Shown here piece by piece: positions 61,677-64,000 of a stretch of 64,000 nucleotides of DNA (position 1 is its first letter; the number at the start of each line of letters is the position of its first letter). The stretch comes from Tubiluchus corallicola (lineage: Eukaryota > Animalia > Priapulida). The stretch is from contig JAQGDQ010000345.1 in assembly GCA_030141605.1 (NCBI GenBank), positions 62,001-126,000 on the forward strand, in the 5' to 3' direction. Below the pieces are notes generated by a model. That model saw nothing but the letters and a program-made list of their open reading frames with translations. It was not told the origin of the DNA and made no database searches. The translations under genes and the position numbers were made by a program.

Positions 61677-63995
61677 ATGGACGGAAAAGTTTCACCACCG
61701 ATTAGTCCTGTACCGCTTGATCCACAGACACAGATGCCATCTCCAGTGCCTTCTTATAAGCAGCATTCTAGGCATTCAAGCGCTACATACAAGAGGTTAG
61801 TAGTAATTTACAACATTTACGTGAGAACGTGTAAACTTAAAGGCCTATATAACACCAACATTGAAGTTTTTTGACGCATTATTATGATTGCACAAAGAAT
61901 TTGTAGTTCGTATAATCAAAAGAAACTTATAAATTAGATACTTACCTTTTTTGGGATATTTCGAATACGTGCATGGCCATAAAGTTCTCCATGCCTCGCA
62001 TCTTTGACGCGAGTGAGCTAGAATAGCGTATGCAGTACAGAAAGCATCTTTGATTACTGGTGTTTGTTTACTGATCCTTGGTGACTTTGTGATTGTAATC
62101 ATTTCGTCATTTGTCTCGCGCAACAAAAAAGGTGGTTCTTCAAATTTGATACCACTAGCAACGGCGATAAAAAAATCAAAAGAAACAAGTTTTACCGTAA
62201 ATTTATAATAAAATAGATTGAATTGTAATGCGAGTAGGAACGGTATTGATAGGTAGCGTGCATCTAGTAGACATTCAGATGTAGAGACTTCTCTCTCAAC
62301 TTGTTGCGCAGCTTCTCTCTGAGAGTAAAGTTGCAACGTATGAATGGTTTGGCAACTTCTCTCGCAACTTATTGCAACATGTGAACAGTTTGGCAACTTC
62401 TCTCACAACTTGTTACAGCATGTGAATGGCTTGGCAACTTCACTCAGAGAGAAGTTGCTCAACAAGTTGCGAGAGACGTCTCTATGTCTGAATGTGTACT
62501 GTAAAGCAAAATGTTTAACTAACCGAACCTTGATTTTTTTGTGTAGAAGGTACATGTAATTTGTTTCTTGCTTATTTTTTATTTAGGTACAAGTACTTAC
62601 GCCGTATATTTCACTTTCGGCAAATGGACTTTGAATTTGCCTTGTGGCAAATGCTGTATTTGATGATAGCACCACAAAAGGTTTATAGGAATTTTCACTA
62701 CAGAAAATGTAAGAGTTGGATTTTTTCAAGCTTGGACTAGCGGAAATACAATCTTAGGATAAACAGTTAAACTGACCCAGTCATTTGATTTGATGTACCG
62801 GTAGTTTGCAAGCAACAATGCTGTAGGGTATTTAAAAACATGTGCTCGTGATTGTAATGGCAAATCTATAGTGCTAGCAGGATTAGGTATCCTCATCTCA
62901 TGTTTCTGTAACTATCAGTGCAGGGCCAGGTAGCAACAAGTTTACTGGAATAAGAACTGGTAGATTTACTATTTGAATAATAAAATACTATTCAATTATT
63001 CTATATGCACTTTATTAGTCGTCGTTTTGGCACGAAAGAGCTTGGTTAAGGAATGTTATAGGATTATTGATTTTTCAGGGATTTTATATATATTTGTATG
63101 TTTCAGCTTTGTATTTAAACTTTTTTTCACTCTGTGGAAATATGTCCCTAAGCATTGTGCCAGTCCGGGGTGTTGTGAAAGTTTGCAATCTAGAGTATAT
63201 TCACCAAGTTTTTGTTGAATTTGCTTCATCAGTGTAATGATGCATAGTAGCTGGTCAAAGCGGAGAGAGCTGTGCTGCCTCTAAAGTCTGAAATAATCAT
63301 AACTTTCTTGTCACTGTTTTGGATGCACACAAATTATTTTCCCTGTCGAAGTGTTTGGCATAATAATCAAAAACCATTCTTTCTCAATACTGCAGCTCTA
63401 AAGTAGTTTCTGTTAGTTCGTGGCTTCACACTATACGATTCAACCAAAAACTACAATATGTGAACACAACAGCACAAACATTTTAAAAAAGTAATTCTCA
63501 CATGCTAGAAATAAATTAAGTTATCAATATTTTTGTTCAAACAGTCTTATGTAATTGTTTTTGTGCAACTGTTTTTTGTGGAAGTGTTTTTATGTCTTAT
63601 GTAACTGTCATTTTTTTGCAATTCTTGATTAGACAATTGATAATTACCATTAAAATGCTAATTAATTTCAGGTACAAAGGATCAGTATGCACGTGATGAT
63701 CCAGCTTTTCTAGTCTTACTTAGTCTTTTTCTTGTAGGTAAGTGCTAACATGTATTTTTTAAAGTGCAGTTTGCCACGAATGGCATTGTCAAATTTGCGT
63801 GCTTGTCATTTTCAGCTAAAACATTTTTGAGAAAAATGTGCTATGCAATGTTCAATGTTGTTGTTTTATTTCAGGATCATCCATAATTTTTGCAGTTGTT
63901 ATGGGCCTCAGTTTTGTTGGTTTTCTCAAGTTTGTCTTGTGGGTTGTGTTTGTAGATACTATTGGTGTTGGACTGCTGATTGCAACATTGTTCTG
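61677..63995 (+). CDS. UNC50: Protein unc-50 homolog, 3' end outside window
   Basis: Exons 61677-61795, 62587-62708, 63672-63737, 63875-63995. Motifs KRYKYLRRIFHFRQMDFEFALWQMLYL, PQKVYRNFHYRK, TKDQYARDDPAFLVLL and LWVVFVDTIGVGLLIATLFW. Confidence 0.95.
62266..62500. mobile_element. MITE with long TIRs and internal ~42-bp repeats in a UNC50 intron
   Basis: About 55-bp imperfect TIR (ACATTCAGATGTAGAGACTTCTCTCTCAACTTGTTG... / ...CAACAAGTTGCGAGAGACGTCTCTATGTCTGAATGT), with internal repeats of TTTGGCAACTTCTCTC.CAACTT. Confidence 0.8.
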
Positions 63996-64000
63996 GTAAG

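Noticed and set aside
61845-62396. 183-aa minus-strand ORF, including an exon-like piece 62154-61946 with an AAG|GTAAGT donor
   Set aside because: The ORF starts inside a MITE, has no recognisable domain, and I found no partner exons. It cannot be supported without stranded RNA data.

Overview
AT-rich, intron-rich genomic DNA from an animal, most likely an invertebrate bilaterian; the taxon cannot be fixed from sequence alone. Manual GT-AG splicing gives six conserved housekeeping genes. These are ISWI/SMARCA5-1 (+, 5'-truncated, 21 coding exons to 18710), UBE3A (-), PGAP2 (-), ATG13 (+), SMIM20/phoenixin precursor (-) and UNC50 (+, 3'-truncated). A seventh gene, an intronless CHST/HNK-1ST-family sulfotransferase homologue, is nested antisense in an ISWI intron. 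Its ORF is intact but it has lost key PAPS-binding/catalytic residues, making it a candidate pseudo-enzyme. Introns carry degenerate LINE fragments, several MITEs (two related ones with palindromic subterminal arrays), an RTE-derived bipartite SINE-like insert with a TSD, a 39/41-bp minisatellite and long hairpins. Other notable points are an in-frame 33-nt ISWI microexon, a UBE3A 5' architecture able to make three N-termini as in mammals, and an amidatable phoenixin-like peptide. Gene identities come from recalled motifs, not database searches. No prokaryote-type systems are present.
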